DNA of 64,000 nucleotides from Gammaproteobacteria bacterium (GTDB taxonomy: Bacteria; Pseudomonadota; Gammaproteobacteria; GCA-001735895): positions 4,502-68,501 of the forward strand of contig JAUVCH010000004.1 of the NCBI GenBank assembly GCA_030595795.1, given 5' to 3'. Under the pieces are notes generated by a model. That model was not told the DNA's origin and made no database searches. It saw only the letters and a program-made list of their open reading frames with translations. Shown piece after piece: positions 49,856 through 58,267 of the stretch. Position numbers and translations under genes: made by a program. Position 1 is the first letter of the stretch. The number at the start of each line of letters is the position of its first letter.

Positions 49856-50869
49856 TTAGTTAAGATGTCGTTCGAACTCACTGGTATGCATCGCCTCAAA
49901 ACCATTGTTGGATTTCACTAAAAGATAAACAGGTATTTTATTTTGTTTGGCGAATAACATCGTTTTTTCCTTCCCCATCACCATAAAGGCAGTTGCAAAG
50001 GCATCGGCCAGCATTGTCTGTTGATGGAGTACTGTTACAGAAACCAATTGATGAGTAATAGGTCTCCCAGTAGTGGGATCAATTGTATGAGAAAACCTTA
50101 CTTCGTTTTTTTCAAAATAATTTCGATAGTCGCCGGAGGTTGCGACCCCAAGCCCTAGTGGTGAAAAAACCTTATGAATCTGACTCTGCTTTTCTACCGG
50201 CGCTTCGATGGCTAGTCGCCAGGGTTTGGAGTCTGGATTCATTCCCTTTGAAGCCGTTTCTCCACCGATTTCAACAAGATAATTTTCGATATCATTAGTT
50301 CTTAATAGTTCAGTGATTTGGTCGACCCCATACCCTTTGGCTATCGCAGAAAGGTTAACGGATATATTTGCGTTTTCTTTTTTTATGCAGGCGATCCCTA
50401 ATGATAGCTTTTCGAACCCGATTTGTTGCAATAAACTCTTTATTTTCCGCTTGTTGGGTACGACATCATTGGTCTGTTTTTTATCGAAACCCCATTCAGA
50501 TATTAACGGTCCCACCGTTACATCAAAATTTCCGCCTGTCAGTCGGCTGACTTCAAGCGAATTTTTGATTACATAAAATGTTTCTGTCGAAACAGGTTGG
50601 CAGTCTAAAGAAGTCGATTGATTGAATCGCGATAATTCCGAATCATCAATATAAGTCGACATAAGTTGGTTGATTCGGTTTAGTTTTTTTTCAATTTTCG
50701 CGTGCAAGTGGTTAGCATTATCTTGACTTGCTTTTAGTGTAATTCGGTAACTAGTGCCCATGGTGAAACCACTGAGATGAAGGTAGTCATCTTCCTTTTC
50801 GCAGCCAGCCATCAGGCATACTGCTAAAGTAGCCACTAACAACCGGTAAATAATATTAAACTGTTCCAA
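49856..50869 (-). CDS. apbE: FAD:protein FMN transferase (ApbE family) lipoprotein
   Basis: Lipobox LMAGC and ApbE motifs: …GFTMGTSYRI…, …DVTVGPLISEWGF…, …AIAKGYGVD…, …GGE…, …TSGDYRNYF…, …HTIDPTTGRP…, …ADAFATA…. Confidence 0.85.
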   Translation of the reverse strand: MEQFNIIYRLLVATLAVCLMAGCEKEDDYLHLSGFTMGTSYRITLKASQDNANHLHAKIEKKLNRINQLMSTYIDDSELSRFNQSTSLDCQPVSTETFYVIKNSLEVSRLTGGNFDVTVGPLISEWGFDKKQTNDVVPNKRKIKSLLQQIGFEKLSLGIACIKKENANISVNLSAIAKGYGVDQITELLRTNDIENYLVEIGGETASKGMNPDSKPWRLAIEAPVEKQSQIHKVFSPLGLGVATSGDYRNYFEKNEVRFSHTIDPTTGRPITHQLVSVTVLHQQTMLADAFATAFMVMGKEKTMLFAKQNKIPVYLLVKSNNGFEAMHTSEFERHLN

Positions 50870-51356
50870 GTGTTTTCCCGTAGATCTGGTCTACTAAATT
50901 TGGTCGGCTAAATTAGGTGATTTACTCACACAAAAGAGGACAGTTCAATAGTCCTCTTTGTATCTAAACAAGCTGCTCTAGAATAAAAAGGGTCAGATCA
51001 CGCTTTCCCCTGCATCTATTAAAAAATTGAATTGCTATATCAAAACCTCTTTCGAGAAAGGCTCATGAATTCGCTTGATAGGCATAACAATAAAATCCAC
51101 AAATATGTTTGGGTGAGTGAGCAACTCTTGTGTTTATAATAGTACGTTATTAGTGGTGATTTAATTTATCATATCGACAAGGAAACAGGGAATAGTTGAC
51201 ACAGATCAACAAGGGGTAATTAAAAATGACTATCGTGAACTCATTAGAGATATTTTAAAAAATACCAAAATTATGTAGTTTTAAATTTTATTTTAGGCCG
51301 CAACTTTGACCCATGTAATTTTAGGGTTTAGTAATTTTTTCTGGAGAACACTTTTA

Positions 51357-54242
51357 ATGAACGACTTCAACACTCGGCTGAGTTCACTATCGAGTAAAGC
51401 TATTATCGCATTACTGAGCGCAGGTCTCATTAGTGGGAACGGCATTGCTCAAGTACCCAATCCCGAACCCACCACTTACACCGATGTGTCAGTTCCTCAG
51501 CTGACAGGCTGGAATGATGCCAATATTGTTACTTTGGATGGCATGACTGGCGCCACGGAAAAGAGCCACATCTATGAATCTGCTGCGGCTATAGTCGACC
51601 CTACCAAGAGTAGTGTAGCGGCTGTATTCTGGGAATTGGACAATGGCAGTGGTCGTGCACCGGGTATACAGGTTGTCACCGACGACTTTGATGTCCCGAC
51701 TAACAACTGCATCATGGCCTCAGGCGAGCTTGAAAGTGTTGATTTCCCTGGCACCATCGTGCCCAAAACCTGTAGTGACCCACAGGGCAGCTCCAAGCGT
51801 TATTTTCTTGAGATGACCTCGAGTGACGTACCGATAGACATGGCGTTTGATCTCGGCGTCAAGGATATCCGCTACAAGGGTGTCAAGGATCCTGAAACCG
51901 ATGGTGGTGAGGCGCTGGCTGAGTTTAAAGCGACTTACGGCATCGGGCGTATCTATCGCGTGATCCAGAAGGTCATCAATAACACAGAGAAGCGTATTGC
52001 CAGCTACAAGTTTGAGCTGGGTACCGGTCTGGGAGATGCATTCCTGCCGCTGACTTTTGAGGAGCATGGTGTTGGCTTCGAGATGCTTCCTTTGGTGCCA
52101 CGCGAGTTCCTTGAGGGAGAAACCGGCGCGCCTGATATCGCTGTATGGGACTCACTACGCTTTGCGACGGTCTCGCCAAAAATGTTTGACGATGGATCCC
52201 GTGCACGATTTGATCCTGGATTTCTGGATCACAATGCTGCGGGCTTTCTGCCCCCACAGCTTCCAGCTGTTGGCGTCGAAAAGAGCCAGTATATCGACAG
52301 TGGCACGAGTATTGTCGACGGTATAATTGGCTCTATGACCCCCAATTATTTTAATATCGCCGATACTCAAGGTGTCTTACTGCCTGGTAACATACTGGGT
52401 TACCAGCTTTCCGATTCGCTGATACCGGAAGTCATTGGTGAATACAATACCAATGAGATTGGTGGCGAGTCAGATTCGATCGTTGCCATATGGGACGGTT
52501 CCGACTGGCGCTCTGGACGCGCTGGACTTGATGGATTACCTGGACTTGACGATCTCGACCCTGATGCGGCAGATAATTATGGAATTATTCCAGACGCTCA
52601 ATTAATACAATGGGCAGCCAAGCCGCTTGGTCTGGATCTTGATACCGATGACGAGACAGACCCAGACTTCGTTCGTTATGAGGTTATATTGAGTGATGAC
52701 CTATCTGGCCTGAATACCGATTTTTTCATCTATATCGGCGACAAGTTGCTGGATGATACCGGTGAGCTGATACTGGACTCTATCACTTTGCGTCTCACAG
52801 CAAATTCTGTTGAAGCGGTTATTGGTGATGTGCCCGGTAGCGAAGATCCGCCCTGGGGAAGTGATTTAGATGCTAGCAGAATAGACGCACCGACACTGGC
52901 CAGCTATATGCCGGTTACAGGCACGCCGATTGCCATCAACGACATTACTACCACTGTGGAAGATGACCCGTCTACCACTATTACTATTGATGTCCTGGAG
53001 AATGACCTGCTGGATGGTGCGGCAGTAGTTCCAGCCGACGGGTTTATTACGATTACAACACCTCCCGAAGACGGCATTGCTACTATCGTTGGCAATGAGA
53101 TCGAATACACTCCGGATGCAGATTTCGTCGGTACCGATTTCATTAGCTATACTTATACGCTAACCGCGGGTGCGGTCGTCTCCAATATCGCAACCATCAA
53201 GATAATTGTGGAGGCGGCACCGATACCGGATCAACCGTTGGCCGTTAACGACTCCGCTACTACGTTCAAAGACATACCGGTAACCCTCGATGTGCTGGTC
53301 AATGATGAACTGTACAACGATGCCCCCAACACAGTGGTGGTCAGCATCAATAATGATGCCCTGAACGGTGTTGCAAGTGTGGCGGGCGACAACACCATCG
53401 TCTATACCCCGGGTGCAGACTTTGTTGGTTTCGAACGCTTCACCTACGTTGTAACAGTGGATGGCATAGTTTCGAACTCTGCTCTGGTCACGATTAAAGT
53501 TGATTCTTTTGGTATTCCGGATGCAATCAACGACATTACTGTCACCCTTGAAAATGACCCGGTTACCATTGATGTCCTGGAGAATGACGTGCTGGAAGGT
53601 GTGCCAGTAATTCCAGCAGACGGGTTTATTACCATTACAAAAGCTCCCCAAAACGGCAGTGCTGCTGTCGTTGACCAAAAGGTCGAATACACTCCGGATG
53701 CGGGTTTTACCGGTACCGACTTAATTAGCTATACGTATACACTAACGGCGACTGGAGATGTATCCAATACCGCAATCGTCACAATCATTGTGGATGCGGC
53801 ACCGATACCGGATCAACCGTTGGCAATTAACGACTCTACCACTACGTTCAAGAACACAGCGGTAACACTCGATGTGCTGGACAATGATGAACTGAACAAC
53901 GATGCCCCCAGCACAGTGGTGGTCAGCATTAATAATGCCGCCCTGAACGGTGTTGCACGCGTGGAGGATGACAACACTATTATCTATACCCCGGGAATAG
54001 AATTTGTTGGTATCGAACGCTTCACCTACGTTGTAACAGTAGATGGCATAATTTCGAGCTCTGCGCTGGTCACGATCAGAGTTGATGAGCCTGTTGTTGT
54101 GGTACCGGTTGCTACTGGTGGTAGTGGTAGATGTTCGCTCTCCTACAATCCGGACGGTAAAATCGATCCCCTGCTGCCCGGTATAGTCCTTGTCAGTCTG
54201 ATTTACCTGGGATGGAGATCAAGGAAAAATGATGCCAGGTGA
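51357..54242 (+). CDS. Large secreted cadherin-like/Ig-like tandem-repeat surface protein with an N-terminal FMN-attachment-type motif (DGMTGAT) and a C-terminal sorting-signal-like tail
   Basis: I take the start as the internal ATG at 51357 (SD GGAG, then a Sec signal …IIALLSAGLISGNGIAQ); the track ORF runs from 51306. Four C-terminal ~100-aa repeats show the …DVLxNDxxxG…YTPxxxFxGxDxFTYxV… pattern. The tail reads …TGGSGRCSLSYNPDGKIDPLLPGIVLVSLIYLGWRSRKNDAR. Confidence 0.8.
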   Translation: MNDFNTRLSSLSSKAIIALLSAGLISGNGIAQVPNPEPTTYTDVSVPQLTGWNDANIVTLDGMTGATEKSHIYESAAAIVDPTKSSVAAVFWELDNGSGRAPGIQVVTDDFDVPTNNCIMASGELESVDFPGTIVPKTCSDPQGSSKRYFLEMTSSDVPIDMAFDLGVKDIRYKGVKDPETDGGEALAEFKATYGIGRIYRVIQKVINNTEKRIASYKFELGTGLGDAFLPLTFEEHGVGFEMLPLVPREFLEGETGAPDIAVWDSLRFATVSPKMFDDGSRARFDPGFLDHNAAGFLPPQLPAVGVEKSQYIDSGTSIVDGIIGSMTPNYFNIADTQGVLLPGNILGYQLSDSLIPEVIGEYNTNEIGGESDSIVAIWDGSDWRSGRAGLDGLPGLDDLDPDAADNYGIIPDAQLIQWAAKPLGLDLDTDDETDPDFVRYEVILSDDLSGLNTDFFIYIGDKLLDDTGELILDSITLRLTANSVEAVIGDVPGSEDPPWGSDLDASRIDAPTLASYMPVTGTPIAINDITTTVEDDPSTTITIDVLENDLLDGAAVVPADGFITITTPPEDGIATIVGNEIEYTPDADFVGTDFISYTYTLTAGAVVSNIATIKIIVEAAPIPDQPLAVNDSATTFKDIPVTLDVLVNDELYNDAPNTVVVSINNDALNGVASVAGDNTIVYTPGADFVGFERFTYVVTVDGIVSNSALVTIKVDSFGIPDAINDITVTLENDPVTIDVLENDVLEGVPVIPADGFITITKAPQNGSAAVVDQKVEYTPDAGFTGTDLISYTYTLTATGDVSNTAIVTIIVDAAPIPDQPLAINDSTTTFKNTAVTLDVLDNDELNNDAPSTVVVSINNAALNGVARVEDDNTIIYTPGIEFVGIERFTYVVTVDGIISSSALVTIRVDEPVVVVPVATGGSGRCSLSYNPDGKIDPLLPGIVLVSLIYLGWRSRKNDAR
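52920..54100 (+). repeat. Intragenic tandem (A-B)x2 duplication of two ~300-bp units encoding cadherin-like domains
   Basis: A1 (~52920-53215), B1 (~53215-53515), A2 (~53515-53800) and B2 (~53800-54100). Identical stretches such as gcggcaccgataccggatcaaccgttggc appear at ~53213 and ~53799. Confidence 0.8.
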
Positions 54243-54265
54243 GTAAACACTAATAGTTCAATGTT

Positions 54266-54299
54266 AAAAACCCCTCTCTTGTCGAGGGGTTTTTGTTTT
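54266..54299 (+). terminator. Rho-independent terminator between the repeat protein and the CPBP protease gene
   Basis: AAAAA-CCCCTC-tcttgtc-GAGGGG-TTTTTGTTTT. Confidence 0.65.
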
Positions 54300-54306
54300 A
54301 ATAAGC

Positions 54307-54858
54307 ATGATGACGAAACAATTTGAGCCTAACAAGCATGTCTGCGGCCCATTCCAGAGACTCTTCGTAATGAACTTGCTGCGCGAAATCGGTTTAAAAC
54401 ACAAAGCAGGGTGTTATTTCAATTACCGTTTTGTGCTGACAATCCTGGCAGGCATATTAGCAGTCTGGGTGATACATGGTTGGGTGCAGCCTTACCCATC
54501 ACATGTTGAATTTAACTGGCTGCAGTTACTATCGCTGATTGTCTGGCAGCCGCTGCTTGAAGAAGTGCTGTTTCGCGGCATTATTCAAGGACAGCTTGCC
54601 AAATATGAATGGGGTAAACGCTCGCGGTTGAATATCAGCAGTGCTAATGCCGCAACGTCAGTATTGTTTGTTGCGATGCATATGGTTAACACTTTGCCAT
54701 TGTATGCACTGACTATATTTGCACCTTCGCTGGTTTTAGGTTATTTCCGTGACTACTGCGACAGTATTTACCCATGTATTGTTATTCATGGCACCTTCAA
54801 TGCGATGATTTTTGCGGGATTAATTTTAAACGGCAATATGAATTTACCAACAATGTGA
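54307..54858 (+). CDS. CPBP-family (CAAX protease-like) intramembrane glutamic/metallo-protease
   Basis: All three CPBP motifs are present: EEVLFRG (EExxxR), FVAMH (FxxxH) and HGTFN (HxxxN), on a multi-TM 183-aa protein. Confidence 0.8.
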   Translation: MMTKQFEPNKHVCGPFQRLFVMNLLREIGLKHKAGCYFNYRFVLTILAGILAVWVIHGWVQPYPSHVEFNWLQLLSLIVWQPLLEEVLFRGIIQGQLAKYEWGKRSRLNISSANAATSVLFVAMHMVNTLPLYALTIFAPSLVLGYFRDYCDSIYPCIVIHGTFNAMIFAGLILNGNMNLPTM

Positions 54859-55171
54859 TATAGGAATTCAAGTCGCGAGACATTGCTTGTATCAGCGTGT
54901 CCGAAATTTCTTTGTAACGTTCTATACTTTTATGCAGATGAGCGCATTTTAGGTAACAGACGGTAACATTGTTAAGTGCTTCCGCCGAGCTACCGTGGGC
55001 TTGCAGGTATAAATCTTCACAGGCTATCAGATCTCCGGGTATTCGAACCAGCTTATGAATTTGCTGTTTGCCATTGGGCAGGGTTTTATAAACTTTGACT
55101 TCACCTGATAACAGAATATACAGGTGCTTACTGGTGTCACCCTCCTTGTATAGAGTGTAAACCCACCTGTT
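54797..55171 (-). pseudogene. Truncated Crp/Fnr-type cNMP-binding domain gene fragment (no start, no HTH)
   Basis: Reverse-strand ORF …YKEGDTSKHLYILLSGEVKVYKTLPNGKQQIHKLVRIPGDLIACEDLYLQAHGSSAEALNNVTVCYLK… gives the cNMP-binding beta-barrel motifs. An upstream stop precedes it and it has no initiator. Its 3' end overlaps the CPBP gene. Confidence 0.45.
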
Positions 55172-55352
55172 TTAGTGCCACCCAACAATAGAGTTTTCCT
55201 GTTCATGTTTCAATCGGTATTCGACTGGTGTTAATTTCCCAAGTGACTTGTGGGGTCGACCCAGAGGAGCTATTGAGTACGATGTAAAGATTCTCAGTTT
55301 ACTAATTACTGTATACTGGCATTTCAATGTGATTCTCTAGGGAGAGACTGAA

Positions 55353-56339
55353 ATGACAAGAATCATAAATTGGATTAACAAACTGATCATTGGTGTGTTA
55401 CTCGCCGCCCCAGCATTATCGAATGCCGACCCAATTCACGAAGCAGCAGAAAGTGGTGATGTTGATCAGATTTTGAAACTGCTCGACGGTGGGGCCGACG
55501 TTAACGCTCCAGACCTTGACGGGACACCTCTTCAATGGGCATTATTTTCCAACCAAATAGAAGTTGCTCGACTTCTTCTAAAGCGTGGTGCAAATCCAAA
55601 TGTTAAAGGGTGGGATGGAACGCTACTGGAATCGGCCGCGCTTAACGGTAAAACCGAGATTGCCAAAGTTCTTCTTAAACATGGTGCTAATCCTAATAGC
55701 GGAGATCGCTCCACACCTTTAATCCGGGCCGTGCAAAAGGGAAGTTTAGAAATCATCGCGTTACTTCTCACTCAGGATGCCGATCCTAGCTTGGCCACTC
55801 CTGACGGAACCACTCCCTTACACGAAGCCGCCCATGGAGGTAAATTGGAGATCGCAAAGCGATTAGTTGATAGTGGGGCCGATGTTAACGCACTCAATGG
55901 AATAGGTAGGCCAGCCATCCATTTCGCTGTTGAAAAGAACCACTCCATTTTGGCTGCTTATCTAAAGAAACATGGTGCAACACCAGGTAAGATCGCTTCC
56001 ATTACAGACCTACTCGCCTCCGCTGACGCAGCACAAGGAAAGACGTTAGCCGAGAAGCAGCTTTGTGTTGATTGCCATATCGTGGACAAGTATGGCCCAC
56101 CCTTATGGAATGTAGTGGGCCGTAAAAAGGGTAGTGTCAATGATTATTCTTATTCCCCACCATTTGAGGCTTTAAAGGGCAAATGGTCCTTTGAAGCACT
56201 CAACGTATTCCTGGCTCGTCCTACCGAAGTCGTACCTGGCACAAAGATGAACTTCCGTGGTATTTCGGACCCACAAATGAAAGCTGAGGTAATCGTTTAT
56301 CTACGATCTTTAAGTGACGATCCAGTACCACTTCCGTAG
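55353..56339 (+). CDS. Periplasmic ankyrin-repeat protein fused to a C-terminal class I cytochrome c (c2-like) domain
   Basis: Sec signal (…LLAAPALSNA), about five ANK repeats (…TPL..A…G…V..LL..GA..N…), then CVDCH heme-binding and a …PGTKMNF… Met-ligand motif, with the cytochrome c2 pattern GPPLWNVVGRKKGS…YS…. Confidence 0.8.
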   Translation: MTRIINWINKLIIGVLLAAPALSNADPIHEAAESGDVDQILKLLDGGADVNAPDLDGTPLQWALFSNQIEVARLLLKRGANPNVKGWDGTLLESAALNGKTEIAKVLLKHGANPNSGDRSTPLIRAVQKGSLEIIALLLTQDADPSLATPDGTTPLHEAAHGGKLEIAKRLVDSGADVNALNGIGRPAIHFAVEKNHSILAAYLKKHGATPGKIASITDLLASADAAQGKTLAEKQLCVDCHIVDKYGPPLWNVVGRKKGSVNDYSYSPPFEALKGKWSFEALNVFLARPTEVVPGTKMNFRGISDPQMKAEVIVYLRSLSDDPVPLP

Positions 56340-56472
56340 GGATTTCGAATAATACGAGAGCCCGCAATTTGGCCGAACCCGGCCTAATTGAAAGAATTAT
56401 TGAATGTCGACTACCTGGCCGCTGTCATTAAATTCACAAACCAAAAACCCCGGTCCAACGCCCTCTAACAAG

Positions 56473-56868
56473 TTATTTGGTGGGTAGCCCGGCAGCCAAT
56501 AGTACTTTCATACCGCCGTCGATGTAGGAAACATTAGTGACGCCCATATCGGTGAGTAGGTTTGCCGCGGTTGCTCCACGGTAGCACGGCGACGATCCAC
56601 AGGTCGTTATAATTCGGCGTGCGCGGTCTCGAAGTTCCGGCTCTCGATATTGTTCGTCGAACTCCAGGTCTGCTTTCCAAGCTATCGATCTGCCGGGTGC
56701 ATTGATCGCACGTATACCCAAACCGGTCGCCTGTACTTCAGACTCGTCGCGAACGTCTACCAACAAGGCATTCGAGTCCCGTTCGAGTTCTTGCAAAGTG
56801 TCTTCAGCGCTAATCGTCTAGGCCTGCGCCATGGCCTCATCGGCCAATTGTAAAAATGTCTTAGCCAT
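56473..56868 (-). pseudogene. Rhodanese-domain protein interrupted by an in-frame amber (TAG) codon at codon 17
   Basis: ATG at ~56868 with SD AGAGGAA gives MAKTFLQLADEAMAQA-TAG-TISAEDTLQELERDSNALLVDVRDESE… in one frame. The track ORF restarts at TTG 56796. Confidence 0.55.
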
Positions 56869-56881
56869 TACTAGTTCCTCT

Positions 56882-57079
56882 CTAATTTTTGATTTTGATC
56901 AATGCCTGAATCTGGCCCCTTTCGTCATCGCTCCAGTCCGAAGCATCCTCCCCATGCGCGATCTTGCCGTGGATCTCGAGCAGTTGCCATAGTTCGGCTT
57001 CCGTTTCCGCCTGAAACTTACTAGGACAGGCTTCCATGCCCGGGTATTCACTATATGCATATGAGTACGCAGTCATCAT
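56882..57079 (-). CDS. DUF1059-like small protein (65 aa)
   Basis: Small acidic His-containing ORF with its own SD-like sequence; family assignment is tentative. Confidence 0.45.
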   Translation of the reverse strand: MMTAYSYAYSEYPGMEACPSKFQAETEAELWQLLEIHGKIAHGEDASDWSDDERGQIQALIKIKN

Positions 57080-57583
57080 TATTACCTCCAGGATTTAATT
57101 CGATGAATTTTGCCGCTGTGCGCAAGCATAGGGAGTATAAAAGCCATATCTCTCAATAACAAACTGCGAAATCTAATCCAGCTTCTTTCCTTTTCCGTGT
57201 GATTTACTGAAATGCCTGAAAAATTCGTCCATTTTTCACGCATTAGTTTGATCGCTTTCAACAATTTGTCATCATAAGCACATAGCAACCTGCACCGCCA
57301 ATTGGTGGCAACACTTCAAATCATGAAACGTATTAGGTACTGTGAGTAAAGCGAATGGCAGCTCTTGAGTAATTTCCATTGTTGAAACCTAAACCTTCCT
57401 GCAAATCCTAAAGTATCACAAGACATATTTTTTTTGGCAGAAAGTTGTCAATCCAAAAATGTAAGATAGCGAACCTACGACAAATCTTTTTTTTAGCTGA
57501 AAAATCCAGGTTAGCTTGAGTCAAGACTGCATAAGTTATTGATCTATTAGCATGCGCAATTTAAGCATATTTGTGTGCTGACC

Positions 57584-58267
57584 TCACCGGTACAAGCTGT
57601 ATTGAAACCATTCGGGAATCCTGTCCCTGGCTTGATTTAATACCGATTCATGGTCGCGATAGTCGGCGCAATGGCTTTCCACCAGTCGCCAGAATTTGGC
57701 GGAGTGGTTCATGTGTCGGGTATGGCATAACTCGTGAATCATCAAATACTCGGCTGTTGCTGTCGGCACGAAAGTCAGTTGATCGTTCAAACTGATGGTG
57801 CCACGCGAAGAACAACTGCCCCAGCGAGTTTTCTGGCTGCGTATACTGACTTTTTTGTAATCCAGTGCACAGACTTGAGATACTCTTTCGAGCATTGGCG
57901 GTAGTATTTCCCAGGCCTGCTTTCGAGTCCACTGTCGTAGGCACTGGATATTTTTATCGAAGCTACTGCCCTGAAATTCGAAGTCTTCTGTGCTGGTCAG
58001 ACTATTATCGACGGGCAGATAAATTTGATCGGGTAATTCTGGTTTCGTGTATTTTTGCTGATGCTTTTTTAACTGGCGCTGAATCCAGCCCGTATGCTGC
58101 TTTATTAGCTCGGGCACCGCTTTCTTCGGGAAACGGGTGGGAATGACGACTTCGAGACCGAGATAGGGTTTGATCTGCAGTTTTGCGTACCTGGCTTTGC
58201 GTGAAACACGTATAGAGTAATCAAATAGTGTATTCCCACTACCATCGACTATAGAATCGCTCGCCAT
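57584..58267 (-). CDS. M48-family metallopeptidase, YgjP/DUF45-like
   Basis: HELCH zinc motif (…YLMIHELCHTRHMNHS…); divergent from hrpA. Confidence 0.8.
   Translation of the reverse strand: MASDSIVDGSGNTLFDYSIRVSRKARYAKLQIKPYLGLEVVIPTRFPKKAVPELIKQHTGWIQRQLKKHQQKYTKPELPDQIYLPVDNSLTSTEDFEFQGSSFDKNIQCLRQWTRKQAWEILPPMLERVSQVCALDYKKVSIRSQKTRWGSCSSRGTISLNDQLTFVPTATAEYLMIHELCHTRHMNHSAKFWRLVESHCADYRDHESVLNQARDRIPEWFQYSLYR

Noticed and set aside
52920-54100. Regular ~300-bp tandem repeats that could be mistaken for a repeat array or CRISPR
   Set aside because: The units are 300 bp, in frame inside a single long ORF, and encode cadherin-like domains. There is no short repeat/spacer periodicity and there are no cas genes.
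54266-54306. Considered whether the terminator between the repeat protein and the CPBP gene argues against them being a functional pair
   Set aside because: Intra-operon terminators and attenuators are common between a highly expressed structural gene and a low-abundance enzyme gene. The adjacency and 65-nt spacing still support linkage, so I kept the pairing as a hypothesis.
57082-57288. 68-aa minus-strand ORF adjacent to the DUF1059-like gene
   Set aside because: No RBS, Lys/Leu-rich low-complexity translation, and it sits in an AT-rich intergenic region. Most likely spurious.
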